DNA of 64,000 bases from Candidatus Melainabacteria bacterium 17Bon1m (GCA_032128875.1 JAVLKG010000003.1:225008-289007); one strand, 5' to 3'; counted from the first letter of the stretch, positions 47,281-57,766 are shown. Notes: generated from the sequence alone by a model not told the origin. Numbers and translations are program-made.

Positions 47281-48231
47281 TTAGCCTTCAGCGGTTGCTT
47301 CTTCTTTGACTTCAAGCATGCCGGAAATTTGTTCGAGCATTTGTCTGCGCTCGCCTTCATTTGCCTTTTCATATTGGCGGAAGACGCCTGCGATTTGCAG
47401 CCAGCGAGAGTCATTCGAATCCGGCACCGAAAGACGCATAGCCACATCGCGCATAAGTTGTGAAAAAGAGAAGCATTCGCCTTCGAGATTTTGGAAGCCT
47501 TCGTCTTTCTCGATTGCGATACCAAGGCGTAATGCGGAGACGTACGCGTCGACGGATGGTTCGATCTTGAGAAGCTCGCGTTCGAGTAGCACTAAATCCG
47601 ATGCCATGAACATTTGCTCTTTCATTGAAGAAGTCGGAGTAAAAACGTCAGGCACCATAAGCGGTGCGTCGTCGTCCTCTTCTTCGTTGCGTTCTCTGTC
47701 TCTGCGATCTTCGTCTTCATGACCAGAGTACACGTGCGTTCTAAATGGATGTCTGCCTTCGTGCTGCTCGTCTTCGCGCTCGAAGTAGTAGTCTGACAGA
47801 GTGTTCATGCTGAAGCGCTGCTCTCGGCGCGCCAGATCGATACAGAGGAAGGCAGCCATGATGATGGTTAATACTGACGCAAATGGCACAAGCCATGCGG
47901 AGTGTTCGCTGTTGGTTGGCAAGAATGCTGCAATGAGTCCTTCGTGCCTTGCGGTAAGTAGTGAGCCGCACCAGGTCGCAGTCAACAGACTCATTACTAC
48001 AGCGGTCGGAAGCTTGTGAGTCGGTGCCGCCTTGGTGCCAAGCAAAATGAAAAGCCCAGCTGAAATTACTGCGCCAGAAACCCAAGCTGCGTCGTTAAGG
48101 AAGGCAAGCGGTGGGACTACGGCTGCTGCATCTTTCCATGCGCAGAACAAAAACTGCCCAATAGAAAAGCCGATAGCGCCTCCCGGCAATACGAGAAGCC
48201 ATCTAAACGGTGATGTGTAATGTCCTTCCAT
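47281..48231 (-). CDS. Membrane protein (4 TM) with acidic linker and soluble C-terminal domain
   Basis: Hydrophobicity pattern. Confidence 0.7.
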   Translation of the reverse strand: MEGHYTSPFRWLLVLPGGAIGFSIGQFLFCAWKDAAAVVPPLAFLNDAAWVSGAVISAGLFILLGTKAAPTHKLPTAVVMSLLTATWCGSLLTARHEGLIAAFLPTNSEHSAWLVPFASVLTIIMAAFLCIDLARREQRFSMNTLSDYYFEREDEQHEGRHPFRTHVYSGHEDEDRRDRERNEEEDDDAPLMVPDVFTPTSSMKEQMFMASDLVLLERELLKIEPSVDAYVSALRLGIAIEKDEGFQNLEGECFSFSQLMRDVAMRLSVPDSNDSRWLQIAGVFRQYEKANEGERRQMLEQISGMLEVKEEATAEG

Positions 48232-48331
48232 TGGTGTCTTTACTGACCTGAGCTACCTGACTTGTAAAGATAACATAGTTAATCTATATATCAAAACTCT
48301 TGAGAGCCAATTAAATAGAGTGCCTAATTCG

Positions 48332-49135
48332 TTAGTTTCCCCGCCCCTCCCTGTTTGAACCCATTGCCTCACCCGTCATGGGTACGAAACGAACTGGAAT
48401 TAACCGATTTGCTTCCATTCGGCCTTCCTCGAGTTTGAAGACCATAAGTTCTTGGGTCGACTCGCCTATGGGGATAATCATCCGACCTCCCTCAATCAGT
48501 TGTTCGAATAGATGCTCGGGAAGGTGGTCTGGGGCAGCTGTCACAATGATTCGGTCGAACGGAGCTTCCTCTTTCCATCCACGATAACCGTCTCCTGTGC
48601 GAATCATCACGTTTTCTATGCCCAGGCTAGCTAGCCGCTGTCGCGTTTCCTCTGCCAAACTCGGAACGATCTCAATTGAATAGACCGATTGGCAGAGTGA
48701 TGCCAATACAGCCGATTGATAGCCGCAGCCGGTTCCGATCTCCAGAACCCGGCACTGTTTTGTTAGCTGCAGTGCTTCTGTCATAAGCGCCACGATGTAG
48801 GGTTGCGAGATTGTTTGCTCATTGCCAATTGGTAACGCGCCATCTTCGTAGGCGTGATCTTTGATGTTTTGAGGGACAAACAGGTGACGGGGGAGTCGTC
48901 TCATAACCTCGAGAACATCAGGATTTCGAATGCCCCGAGCAACAATCTGAGTCGTGACCATCGACTCTCTTTCGTTTGCTCGTGCTGGTTCTGAGTTGAA
49001 GTCGTCTGGCTTACATTCAACCGATGTCTTCGCAGGTGCACTCGCTGTGCTCTCCTTCGCGGACGCCTTTGACTGCACCCATGATTTCAATGGTGCAAAT
49101 GCTTTGTCTAGTCCTGCTTTTAGTCGGTTAGACAC
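48332..49135 (-). CDS. pcm: Protein-L-isoaspartate O-methyltransferase
   Basis: PRHLFV, QTISQPYIVA, LEIGTGCGYQ, APFDRIIVTAA, VRFVPM; GTG start with GGGAG is inferred. Confidence 0.94.
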   Translation of the reverse strand: MSNRLKAGLDKAFAPLKSWVQSKASAKESTASAPAKTSVECKPDDFNSEPARANERESMVTTQIVARGIRNPDVLEVMRRLPRHLFVPQNIKDHAYEDGALPIGNEQTISQPYIVALMTEALQLTKQCRVLEIGTGCGYQSAVLASLCQSVYSIEIVPSLAEETRQRLASLGIENVMIRTGDGYRGWKEEAPFDRIIVTAAPDHLPEHLFEQLIEGGRMIIPIGESTQELMVFKLEEGRMEANRLIPVRFVPMTGEAMGSNREGRGN

Positions 49136-49362
49136 GTCAGGCTCCCGCAAATATGTTTGAAGTCGATTGATTTTCTGGTTAGACAAGGGGAAAACCGGTA
49201 AGTTCCGCGATGAAAAATCAGACTTTCTATTTCGATTGTACTCTTGGACGCTTCCGAGGACAAAAAATGGGCGCAAATCGCATATGATCACGTTTACCAA
49301 ATTTGTGGGCGCGTCCGGCGTCCAGTTGTTGTATTTCAGCAGTACAGGAGTTTGACGGCGAT

Positions 49363-50184
49363 ATGAGTCTGAAAGGCAAGACCATTTTCATTACCGGGGC
49401 ATCACGCGGCATAGGCAAAGCGATTGCCGAGCGGGCTGCTAAAGATGGCGCGAATATTGTGATTGCGGCAAAAACGGTTGAGGAGAATAGTCGACTTCCG
49501 GGCACCATATACAGTGCCGCTGAAGATATTGAAAAGCTCGGTGGCAAAGCCTTGGCGTTGCAGGTAGATGTGCGATTCGATGATCAAATCAAAGAAGCTA
49601 TCGACAAAGCTGCTGAAACTTTCGGTGGATTGGATATTCTCGTAAACAATGCATCTGCAATTAGCCTCACAAATACGTTGGACACCGATGCAAAACGTTT
49701 TGATCTTATGCATCAAGTCAATGTGCGCGGGACATATCTCAATTCTCGCGCTGCAATTCCGCATTTGGAAAAGTCAGCAAATCCGCATATTCTCAATCTT
49801 TCGCCGCCGCTCAACATGGATCCGAAATGGTTTGGACCGCACGTTGCTTACACCATGTCCAAGTATGGAATGTCGATGTGCACTTTGGGCATGTCGAAGG
49901 AATTGGCGAAAAAGAAAATCGCCGTCAATTCTTTGTGGCCCGAAACCGGCATCGCCACAGCCGCCGTAAAGAATTTGCTGGGTGGCGATGATGCGATGAA
50001 GATGTGCCGCAAGCCCGAGATTGTTGCCGACGCTGCGTATTGGATATTGACTCGGCCCTCCACTGAATGCACTGGCAACTTCTTCATCGACTCTGAGGTT
50101 TTGAAAAACACTGGAGTTAAAGACTTGGATAATTATGCCGTAATGCCCGGTCAGAAGCTGATGCCCGACTTCTTTCTCGGATAA
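49363..50184 (+). CDS. Short-chain dehydrogenase (HSDL2-like)
   Basis: TGASRGIG, NNASAI, NLSPPL, YTMSK. Confidence 0.92.
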   Translation: MSLKGKTIFITGASRGIGKAIAERAAKDGANIVIAAKTVEENSRLPGTIYSAAEDIEKLGGKALALQVDVRFDDQIKEAIDKAAETFGGLDILVNNASAISLTNTLDTDAKRFDLMHQVNVRGTYLNSRAAIPHLEKSANPHILNLSPPLNMDPKWFGPHVAYTMSKYGMSMCTLGMSKELAKKKIAVNSLWPETGIATAAVKNLLGGDDAMKMCRKPEIVADAAYWILTRPSTECTGNFFIDSEVLKNTGVKDLDNYAVMPGQKLMPDFFLG

Positions 50185-50202
50185 CGATTTCTTGCAGGGG
50201 CT

Positions 50203-51396
50203 CTAGTTTTTCGCTCTTTCTGTTTTCACCGCCGCGAGATCTTCCGAGAAATCATCAGCATCGGAATACTTCGGTTCGATGGCGATTTTTCCGTTGTGAT
50301 CAAGGAAACCTGTCTTGTCATCTGCGACTACGCGAGCCATTCCGCCGGCGAATGGGTAAGCATCATCGAAGGTTAGAGGCACAATTACTTTGCCTTTCTT
50401 GTCGATGAATCCCCATTTTGCAGCGACGAGAGAAGGCGACATGCCCATCTGCCATCTACCCTTCGCGACCGGTGCAAGACCTTCAGAGAACGGCAGTCCA
50501 AAGCTGTACTTGCCGTCGATTGTCTTGTTGCCCTTGGCGTCGATGTATGTCCACGTGCGCGGGCGTCCATCTTTTTCCTTGGCTCCCGATGCAACGCAGG
50601 CAAGCCCTTCTGAGAAGGGTGTCGCGCCATCGTAAGTCGGTTTGATAATTGTTTTGCCATTCGAATCGAGGAAGCCGAAAAGACCGCCCGTGACAATCCA
50701 GTTGTGACCCATTCCGGTCAGTCCCATGACACTGCCGCTCAATTTGAGGTAAGTCAGAGTGTTGTCTGGACTTTGCAATATCAATTGATATGAGGGTTTG
50801 ACGAGAAACGTTCCATCGCGATCAATAACGCCGTAGTGCTGTCCGTTTTGGATAAGTGCCAGACCTTTGTTGAACTCATTTGCATCGCTAAATTGCGGTT
50901 TGATGACAGTCTTGCCTGTTTTATCTATATAGCCCCACTGCGCGTCAGAACCAACTCCCTCACCGCGTTTGAATTTCACAGCCGCAACGCCTTCCTGAAA
51001 TGAATGTGCATCCTCAAACGCGGGTTCAATTACAAACTTGCCCTCCTTATCAATAAAGCCGTAGAGTTTTTCCACGGCGGACGCATCGACAACTGCTGCG
51101 AGCCCTTCTTTGAAAGAACCAGCCTCTGAGAATCTAGGCTCAATTTTCATCGCGCCCGTTTTATCTACAAACCCAAACCGCTCACCTATCTTTACCGCCG
51201 CAAGTCCCTCCGAAAATGGACCCGCTTCGTCGTAGCCTGGCTGGATCACCATTTTTCCGTTGCGGTCGATGTAGCCATAAGCTTCTTCGCTTTTGGCACT
51301 CGCGGCCATAGCTTTTAGACCGGGCATACCAAAGTTGAAACCAGAACACAGAAGCCCGACTTGGGCTGTAATTGCCAGAGCAATAATTTTTCGCAT
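50203..51396 (-). CDS. Exported WG-repeat protein
   Basis: Repeated (W/Y/F)G(F/Y)ID..G...I.P.F..A..FSEGLA.V; signal peptide; RBS GGAGG. Confidence 0.92.
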   Translation of the reverse strand: MRKIIALAITAQVGLLCSGFNFGMPGLKAMAASAKSEEAYGYIDRNGKMVIQPGYDEAGPFSEGLAAVKIGERFGFVDKTGAMKIEPRFSEAGSFKEGLAAVVDASAVEKLYGFIDKEGKFVIEPAFEDAHSFQEGVAAVKFKRGEGVGSDAQWGYIDKTGKTVIKPQFSDANEFNKGLALIQNGQHYGVIDRDGTFLVKPSYQLILQSPDNTLTYLKLSGSVMGLTGMGHNWIVTGGLFGFLDSNGKTIIKPTYDGATPFSEGLACVASGAKEKDGRPRTWTYIDAKGNKTIDGKYSFGLPFSEGLAPVAKGRWQMGMSPSLVAAKWGFIDKKGKVIVPLTFDDAYPFAGGMARVVADDKTGFLDHNGKIAIEPKYSDADDFSEDLAAVKTERAKN

Positions 51397-51455
51397 ATTG
51401 CCACCTCCAAGGTCTTTTAACTTGGAGGTTCTGGGAATTAGGGGGCTGCTTAAAC

Positions 51456-51504
51456 AGCTTTCTCAAGAGCTTTCTCAAGAGCTTTCTCAAGCAGGTTTCT
51501 CAAG
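51456..51504. repeat. Intergenic 12-bp tandem repeat AGCTTTCTCAAG x3 plus one variant
   Basis: Copies at 51456, 51468, 51480 and 51493. Confidence 0.9.
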
Positions 51505-51519
51505 CCAGCTACTGAGTGC

Positions 51520-52122
51520 CTAGACCTTTGCAGCTAGTTCGGAATCGAGAATCGCCTTTGTCAAGCTGGCAACGCGTTTGCCAATGTTTGCCACAGCGGC
51601 TTGGCTCTTTTCGTCCTTTAGTTTGCCATCTTCAGTAAATGCTTCATTTGCCTTGGATATGGCTTGTTGTTCGGGAATGACGATCACGGCGATGTTTCCG
51701 AGAATTGAGCGTAAAGTGACAAGTCCTCTCAGTCCACCAAGCGCGCCGGGTGAGCATGCCATGATGCCTGCGACTTTGCCTGCAAACGCTTCAAGGCTCT
51801 TCTCGCCTTGTTCGGGGCGCGAAGTCCAGTCGATGAAGTTTTTCAGGGCGGCGCTAACCGAGCTGTTGTACTCGGGAGAAGCTATCAGCAAGCCCTGATG
51901 TTCTTTCATGATTTTCTTGAGCTTCTTGCCATTCTCTGGTATGCCGCTCTCCGCCTCAATGTCGCCGTCATATATCGGCATCGGGTAGTCTTTCAAATCG
52001 ATGAACGTGCAGTCTGCCCCGGCTTCCTGCGCTGCTGCCATCGCGACTTTGACCAACTTTTTGTTGAACGAGTCTTTTCTTAAACTGCCTGCTAGACAAA
52101 GGATTTTCGGGCGGCTGGACAT
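51520..52122 (-). CDS. NAD(P)H-dependent FMN reductase (ChrR-like)
   Basis: GSLRKDSFN, SPEYNSS, LKNFIDW, SPGALGG. Confidence 0.92.
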   Translation of the reverse strand: MSSRPKILCLAGSLRKDSFNKKLVKVAMAAAQEAGADCTFIDLKDYPMPIYDGDIEAESGIPENGKKLKKIMKEHQGLLIASPEYNSSVSAALKNFIDWTSRPEQGEKSLEAFAGKVAGIMACSPGALGGLRGLVTLRSILGNIAVIVIPEQQAISKANEAFTEDGKLKDEKSQAAVANIGKRVASLTKAILDSELAAKV

Positions 52123-52241
52123 GACTTCTCCCTTCTGTTTGATGCGGTTGAGTATTATCACACGGCATGAATTTTTCTGGGATACCTCAAGTAGTCTAGA
52201 ATTGCAGTAGTGCCGGAAGTTCAAGCGCAGGATGTGGCGTT

Positions 52242-53210
52242 TTGGCGAAATTGGAAGGACTGTCTTTTTTAAAACCGCACCTCGCCGCTGCGATCCTTTC
52301 TCTTTGCGTTTTGTCTGCCACCACACTTCCGCTGTTTGCAGGTGATGGTGTCTCTACCTCTCAGTTTGTCAATGATCCCGAGCTGCACCCCATTCGTATG
52401 ATCATGCGTGACAAAAACTACAGTGCCGCCAGGCCGCTGCTGGACGCGTTTCTCAAAAAGAAGCCGAATTCACCGCTCGCTCTTGTTTATCGCTCTCGTT
52501 GTTACGTTGATGAAAACAAACCTAAGGAAGCGCTCGATTGTTTGCGCCGCGCTGCAGCTATCACACCAGCTAATTCCGAAATCTATGCCGATGAAGCAAA
52601 CATCTATGCGGCGCAAAAGCAGTATCAAAAGGCGATTGAGTTAGCCACCATCTCGTTAAAGTACGGAAGCGGAATTAGTCAGAAGCATATGTTTCACTTG
52701 CGTTCGATGATGTATAGCAATCTTGGGCAATACAAGAAAGCGATTGAGGATATGAATTCTTATCTCCGGATCGATCCGATGAAGCATCGGGGCTATAGCT
52801 GGAGAGCTACTGCCTATGAGCAAGACGGGCAGCTTGATAAAGCGCTGGCAGATTATCGAATCGCAATTCAGAAGAGCAACGACTATGAGTATCGGTTTCA
52901 CAGTGCTCGTGTTTTGCAAAAACAAGGAAAGTTGAACGAAGCCGTTGCGGAAATGACTTCGATCATCAAGTTGAATCCCGAAGAGGATGAAGCTTGGAAT
53001 AAGCGCGGTACGCTCTATTACGCGATGGGTAAGTACAAAGAAGCCGTTAAGGATTTCACCGAAGCACTGGCAACTAATTTTGGTTCGAGCGAAACGCTTT
53101 ATCGCGCACGCGGGAGAGCATATGAAAAACTCGGACAAAGAGAACTGGCTCAGAAGGATTTCAAAAAAGCTGAAGAGCTGCAGAAGAAGCCTATAGTCGA
53201 GCCTATTTGA
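52242..53210 (+). CDS. Exported TPR protein
   Basis: Signal-peptide-like N-terminus; multiple TPRs. Confidence 0.85.
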   Translation: MAKLEGLSFLKPHLAAAILSLCVLSATTLPLFAGDGVSTSQFVNDPELHPIRMIMRDKNYSAARPLLDAFLKKKPNSPLALVYRSRCYVDENKPKEALDCLRRAAAITPANSEIYADEANIYAAQKQYQKAIELATISLKYGSGISQKHMFHLRSMMYSNLGQYKKAIEDMNSYLRIDPMKHRGYSWRATAYEQDGQLDKALADYRIAIQKSNDYEYRFHSARVLQKQGKLNEAVAEMTSIIKLNPEEDEAWNKRGTLYYAMGKYKEAVKDFTEALATNFGSSETLYRARGRAYEKLGQRELAQKDFKKAEELQKKPIVEPI

Positions 53211-53309
53211 TTCCGCATGAATTCATAATCCATGTGACACCATTCGTTTCTGACACTGCTGGTAATACTATGTTTTGTGTTCGTGTCGCAAAGTTATGAC
53301 TTGGACTAT

Positions 53310-54341
53310 CTATTTTGCTTGAAGCGTGCTGACTCCATCTAGCTTCTCTTCCGGCTTCGCATCAGCGTTGCCGCGTACATACTTGTTGAGGAACTCAACA
53401 GAATAGTGGCAAACCAATTCTCTTCGTTTGCGGCTGATGTTCAGATCCGTCCATGCAAAGTGTGATGCATCTTCGAACTCGACATACACCGAGGGTGATG
53501 AAGTTTGACTGAACGCACCATTTCTGCCTTTGACAAACATATTGATGAAAGTATCTCGTGTTCCACACTGGTACATTACAGGCACATTGAGTCCGCTCAA
53601 TCTGTCTCGTGTTAAGTACGGATTGGTGTACGGAGCAAGCGCAAGAACAGCTTTGACACCCGGCAGTTTCCAGCTCGGCCAGGCACCTGCAAGTCCCAGC
53701 ACGGTGTATCCACCAAGTGAATGACCTACCAGTGCGAGTTTCGACCAGTCGATTTTTGCATTCCAATTGGCGTCGTTGTGTAAGGCAAAAATCAATTGCT
53801 GGATGTCGTGTTCTCTATCCTTGTATGTCGTTTCGCTCCAGTCGTTTGGGCGATTGAATTGAATTTGCTTTCTTGTACGCCCGTTAAAAAGTGCATCTCT
53901 GTGGTTTGGAGCAATGACCAAATAGCCTTCTTGGGCGAGTGCTTTCATCAAGAACGCGCTGCCGGAATTTAGTCCGTGATACCCGTGAGAAAAGATCACC
54001 ACAGGTGATGGAGTTGACGAACCAGTTATGCGCGTCGGATCCCAAACAACAACGTTGATGCCGCCGATGACCATTTTTTGCCCGCTACCCCGTTGGCGGT
54101 CACCAAGCCGTACACGTCCAAGCCCCTCTTGTCCAAGCCCCTCTCGTCTAAGCCTCTCTCGTCCAAATCGCTCTCGGCCCGGCCTCTCTGGGCTTGGTCC
54201 TTCTTCACCAAGTTTTTCGCGCTCGTCCAGTATCAGTGGGTTGGGAGCCTGTGGAGATGGGGAGTAATTGGCTGCATAAGACGGCGCCGAAAGTATGGCG
54301 CACGCATTCCATATAAGAAGTAGGCGAAAAGCTGTCGACAT
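53310..54341 (-). CDS. Exported alpha/beta hydrolase (dienelactone/PAF-acetylhydrolase-like)
   Basis: FSHG, APNH, GHSLGG, GTRD, ASHF; 15-bp ERxGR repeats near the N-terminus. Confidence 0.85.
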   Translation of the reverse strand: MSTAFRLLLIWNACAILSAPSYAANYSPSPQAPNPLILDEREKLGEEGPSPERPGRERFGRERLRREGLGQEGLGRVRLGDRQRGSGQKMVIGGINVVVWDPTRITGSSTPSPVVIFSHGYHGLNSGSAFLMKALAQEGYLVIAPNHRDALFNGRTRKQIQFNRPNDWSETTYKDREHDIQQLIFALHNDANWNAKIDWSKLALVGHSLGGYTVLGLAGAWPSWKLPGVKAVLALAPYTNPYLTRDRLSGLNVPVMYQCGTRDTFINMFVKGRNGAFSQTSSPSVYVEFEDASHFAWTDLNISRKRRELVCHYSVEFLNKYVRGNADAKPEEKLDGVSTLQAK

Positions 54342-54501
54342 GTTTTGGGGTTTCTGTTTGTGTGTTGTGTTAGGGGCGTTATGCGAGGACAGAATTTGTT
54401 GGCGAAATCAATTTACCTATTGGCTCAATCTATTGGACACCAACCCCTGTAAAAAAGTTGTGCACATCGCGAACTTTTCTCCAGTTTGCAAATGGGTTCT
54501 A

Positions 54502-54544
54502 TTGACTCCCTCCATTAATGAGTGTATACTCACTCATTAATGGA
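54502..54544 (+). promoter_or_regulatory. Sigma70 promoter with perfect TetR operator palindrome
   Basis: TTGACT-17-TATACT; TCCATTAATGAGTG-tatact-CACTCATTAATGGA (54511-54544) is centred on the -10. Confidence 0.88.
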
Positions 54545-54550
54545 GGTTGA

Positions 54551-55120
54551 ATGGCTCGACCGAAGAGCGAAGAAAAGCGGAATACCCTTTTGTCGGTCGC
54601 CACGCAAGTATTTGCCAAAAACGGACTAACAGCATCTACCGCCTCGATAACGAGCGCGGCTGGTATGGCTGAGGGTACGCTTTTCATTTACTTCAAAGGC
54701 AAAGACGAATTGATAAACGCCTTGTACGCCGAGATCAAATCAGATCTCGCGGACTCGATGCTCGTCGGTATCCCAAAAACTGGATCCGTGAAGGACAAGA
54801 TGCATCACGTATGGAACAACTACGTTGATTGGGGCGCGAAAAACCCCGAACGCATGACTGTAATGCACAAGATCAAAGTGTGGGAAGGCTTGAAGCCGGA
54901 AGTGCGAGATGAGCTGATGATGCGCTTTTCTGAACTTCACGAACTGATTGAACTCGCCATAAAAGAAAGTGCAAAGGAAACACCCTACGATTTTCTGATG
55001 GCAGTTTTTTCCGCTCAAGCCGAGACGACCATGCAATTCGTAAAGCAAGACCCCGCGCAGTCGGAGCTGTACAAGAGTCGGGGATTCGAAATGTTTTGGA
55101 ACGGCGTCACCACAAAGTGA
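54551..55120 (+). CDS. TetR/AcrR-family regulator
   Basis: MARPKS...AGMAEGTLFIYFKGKDELIN. Confidence 0.93.
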   Translation: MARPKSEEKRNTLLSVATQVFAKNGLTASTASITSAAGMAEGTLFIYFKGKDELINALYAEIKSDLADSMLVGIPKTGSVKDKMHHVWNNYVDWGAKNPERMTVMHKIKVWEGLKPEVRDELMMRFSELHELIELAIKESAKETPYDFLMAVFSAQAETTMQFVKQDPAQSELYKSRGFEMFWNGVTTK

Positions 55121-55299
55121 ACGCGTAGTGTAACCCCAAATAAGTATGTGCGTTTGATTCGGATTTTGGAAACATAATCCGCAAGTTAGGCGCGTAATAA
55201 AAACTGCATACACGCAGTGAGCAACTGCAAACAGCATGAATTAAACAACTTCTACAAACTGCAAGAGAACAGCAAAAGACAGAACAAAGGAGTTCGACA

Positions 55300-56373
55300 A
55301 TGAAATACAAAACCCTCGGCGACACCGGGTTGCTGGTGTCTACGCTTTGCTTTGGCGCGATGACTTTCCATGGTGGACAAGGTCTATTCAAATTCATGGG
55401 CGGCACCCAGCAAGACGAAGCCGACCAATTAATTAAGAAGTGCGTCGAAAAAGGAATCAATTTCTTCGACACCGCCGACGTCTACTCGGAAGGCGGCAGC
55501 GAAGAGATGCTTGGGCAGTCGTTCCGCAATCTCGGCATTCAGCGCAAAGATGTGGTGATTGCCACCAAGTGCTACGGCAGAATGGGACCAGGTCACAACG
55601 ATATCGGCGCATCGCGCAAGCACATTATTGAAGCTGTTGATGCCAGCCTCCGCCGATTGCAAACCGACTACATCGACCTTTATCAAATCCATGGCACCGA
55701 TAGTGTTACGCCGCTTGAGGAAACTCTGCGTGCACTCGACACCTTAGTGCAGCAAGGAAAAGTCAGATATGTCGGTTGCTCGAACTGGGCAGCGTGGAAA
55801 CTTCAGCGTGCTCTGGATGTTTCGGAATTCAAAAACTTGGCTCGCCTCGACACCCTGCAAGCTTATTACTCAATTGCCGGTCGCGACCTCGAAAGAGAAC
55901 TCGTGCCGTTGATGGAGAATTCGAAGACAGGCTTGCTCGTTTGGAGTCCGCTGGCTGGTGGTTTGCTCTCTGGAAAGTTTGATCGTGATAATCAGAAGCC
56001 GGCAAACAGCCGTCGATCTGAGTTTGATTTCCCGATCGTCGATAAAGAGCGCGTCTGGAACATTCTTGATGTGATAAGACCAATCGCCAAGGAGCACGAT
56101 ACAACTGTCGCAAGAATTGCGCTTGCGTGGTTGCTTGCGAAACCAGTCGTGACATCAGTCATCATCGGTGCGAAGAATATGAAGCAGCTCGAAGATAATA
56201 TCGGCGCTGTCGATATTGAATTGACTGACTATCAGCTCGGAGCGCTAGATGAAGTAAGCGAATTGCCGCCGGAGTACCCGGGTTGGATGATTCCTTTCCA
56301 ATCGGCAGACCGCTTGGACCCTACTTACGACAGATGGGCTGCTGTGAAAGAACAGCTGGCAACTGCGAAGTAA
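55300..56373 (+). CDS. Aldo/keto reductase
   Basis: FFDTADVY, IATK, SLRRLQTDYIDLYQIH, WSPLAGG. Confidence 0.94.
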   Translation: MKYKTLGDTGLLVSTLCFGAMTFHGGQGLFKFMGGTQQDEADQLIKKCVEKGINFFDTADVYSEGGSEEMLGQSFRNLGIQRKDVVIATKCYGRMGPGHNDIGASRKHIIEAVDASLRRLQTDYIDLYQIHGTDSVTPLEETLRALDTLVQQGKVRYVGCSNWAAWKLQRALDVSEFKNLARLDTLQAYYSIAGRDLERELVPLMENSKTGLLVWSPLAGGLLSGKFDRDNQKPANSRRSEFDFPIVDKERVWNILDVIRPIAKEHDTTVARIALAWLLAKPVVTSVIIGAKNMKQLEDNIGAVDIELTDYQLGALDEVSELPPEYPGWMIPFQSADRLDPTYDRWAAVKEQLATAK

Positions 56374-56380
56374 GATAATC

Positions 56381-56447
56381 GTGGGGGCGCGTTGCACGCG
56401 CCCTCATTTTTATATTCGCCTCGGTGGGACGCATACAATGCGCCCCT
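56381..56447. repeat. Two REP-like palindromes, family A
   Basis: GTGGGGGCGCGT-TGC-ACGCGCCCT; GTGGGACGCAT-ACA-ATGCGCCCC. Confidence 0.65.
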
Positions 56448-56491
56448 TCTGTCGCCCGGCGTCTGCGAGCCGCCGACTTACCGTCTGTCTT

Positions 56492-57766
56492 CTAGACCTT
56501 TTCTAATTCAAAGGCATCGTGAATGAGTTTCGCGGCTTTGTCGGCTTGACCGCGTGATACGACGCATGTGATTTTCATTTCGCTGGACGAGATCATTTTG
56601 ATGTTGATTTTCGCAGCGCCCAATGTTTCAAACAGTCTTGCTGCGACATCCGGCTGACCTGCCATTCCTGCGCCAACGAGGCTGACCTTGGCTATATCTT
56701 CGTCGGCATGAACAGCCTTCGCGCCCATCTCCGTTTTCAATTCTTCCAGCGTCTTGATTGTCTGCGGAAGGTCGGTTGATGCAACAGTGAATGTAATGTT
56801 GTTCAATCCAGCGGTCGGGTGGAAAGCCTGCATGATCATATCGACGACAATGGCTTTCTTTGCTAAGCCGCCTACGACCCGGGCTGCGATGCCTGGTTGG
56901 TCCGGCACATCCATGATGGTGACGCAAGCTTGATCTTTATCCGTAGCCACTCCGCTAATGCTGCGGTAGATTTCCATGTCCTCTCCTCCGTCAATGCTTG
57001 TGCCTTCGTGGTCCGGTTTGAAAGTGTTGCGTACTCTCAAGATGACGCCATACTGCCGTGCGAGTTCAACCGCGCGCGGGTGAATTACTTGCGCGCCGAG
57101 TCTTGCCATCTCAACTACTTCGCCATATGAAATTCGATCGAGCAATCGAGCTTTCGGAATTTTGTTGGGGTCGGATGTATAAATGCCATCGACGTCTGTA
57201 TAGATGTCGCAGTACTTAGCTCCGGCTGCCGCTGCGAGTGCAACCGCTGTTGTGTCGGAGCCTCCACGACCCAGGGTTGTAATGTCACCATTGGCGGTGA
57301 CACCCTGGAATCCGGCTACGACTAATGCGTCACAAGTTTCGAATGCTTTTGCAAGGCTGTCGGTTTTGATATCGATAATTCGTGCTTTGTTATGTACGCT
57401 TTCTGTAAAGATGCCGAGCTGGTAAGCAGTTACGGAGCGTGCTGAAACATCCAAAGTCTTCAGCATCATCGACAGCAGTGTGATAGATATGTGTTCGCCG
57501 GTCGAAAGCAGCGAATCCAATTCGCGCTGATCGGGAGTCTTTGCACATTGGTGAGCCAGTTTCAAAAGGTAGTCGGTAGTGTCGCCCATCGCCGATACAA
57601 CTACCAGTACTTTGCCCAGTTTTAGCCGTTCTTTGACGATTTCGGCGACGTGTTGAATACGGGCAATATTCTTGACTGAAGTTCCGCCAAATTTGAGAAC
57701 AGAGATTGCGTTCAATTTTTTTTCCGGTGTTTTTTCTTGCTTTGCTTCTGTGCTTGATTGGCTCAT
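56492..57766 (-). CDS. lysC: Aspartate kinase
   Basis: KFGGTSV, VVSAMG, TLGRGGSDTTA, two ACT domains. Confidence 0.96.
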   Translation of the reverse strand: MSQSSTEAKQEKTPEKKLNAISVLKFGGTSVKNIARIQHVAEIVKERLKLGKVLVVVSAMGDTTDYLLKLAHQCAKTPDQRELDSLLSTGEHISITLLSMMLKTLDVSARSVTAYQLGIFTESVHNKARIIDIKTDSLAKAFETCDALVVAGFQGVTANGDITTLGRGGSDTTAVALAAAAGAKYCDIYTDVDGIYTSDPNKIPKARLLDRISYGEVVEMARLGAQVIHPRAVELARQYGVILRVRNTFKPDHEGTSIDGGEDMEIYRSISGVATDKDQACVTIMDVPDQPGIAARVVGGLAKKAIVVDMIMQAFHPTAGLNNITFTVASTDLPQTIKTLEELKTEMGAKAVHADEDIAKVSLVGAGMAGQPDVAARLFETLGAAKINIKMISSSEMKITCVVSRGQADKAAKLIHDAFELEKV

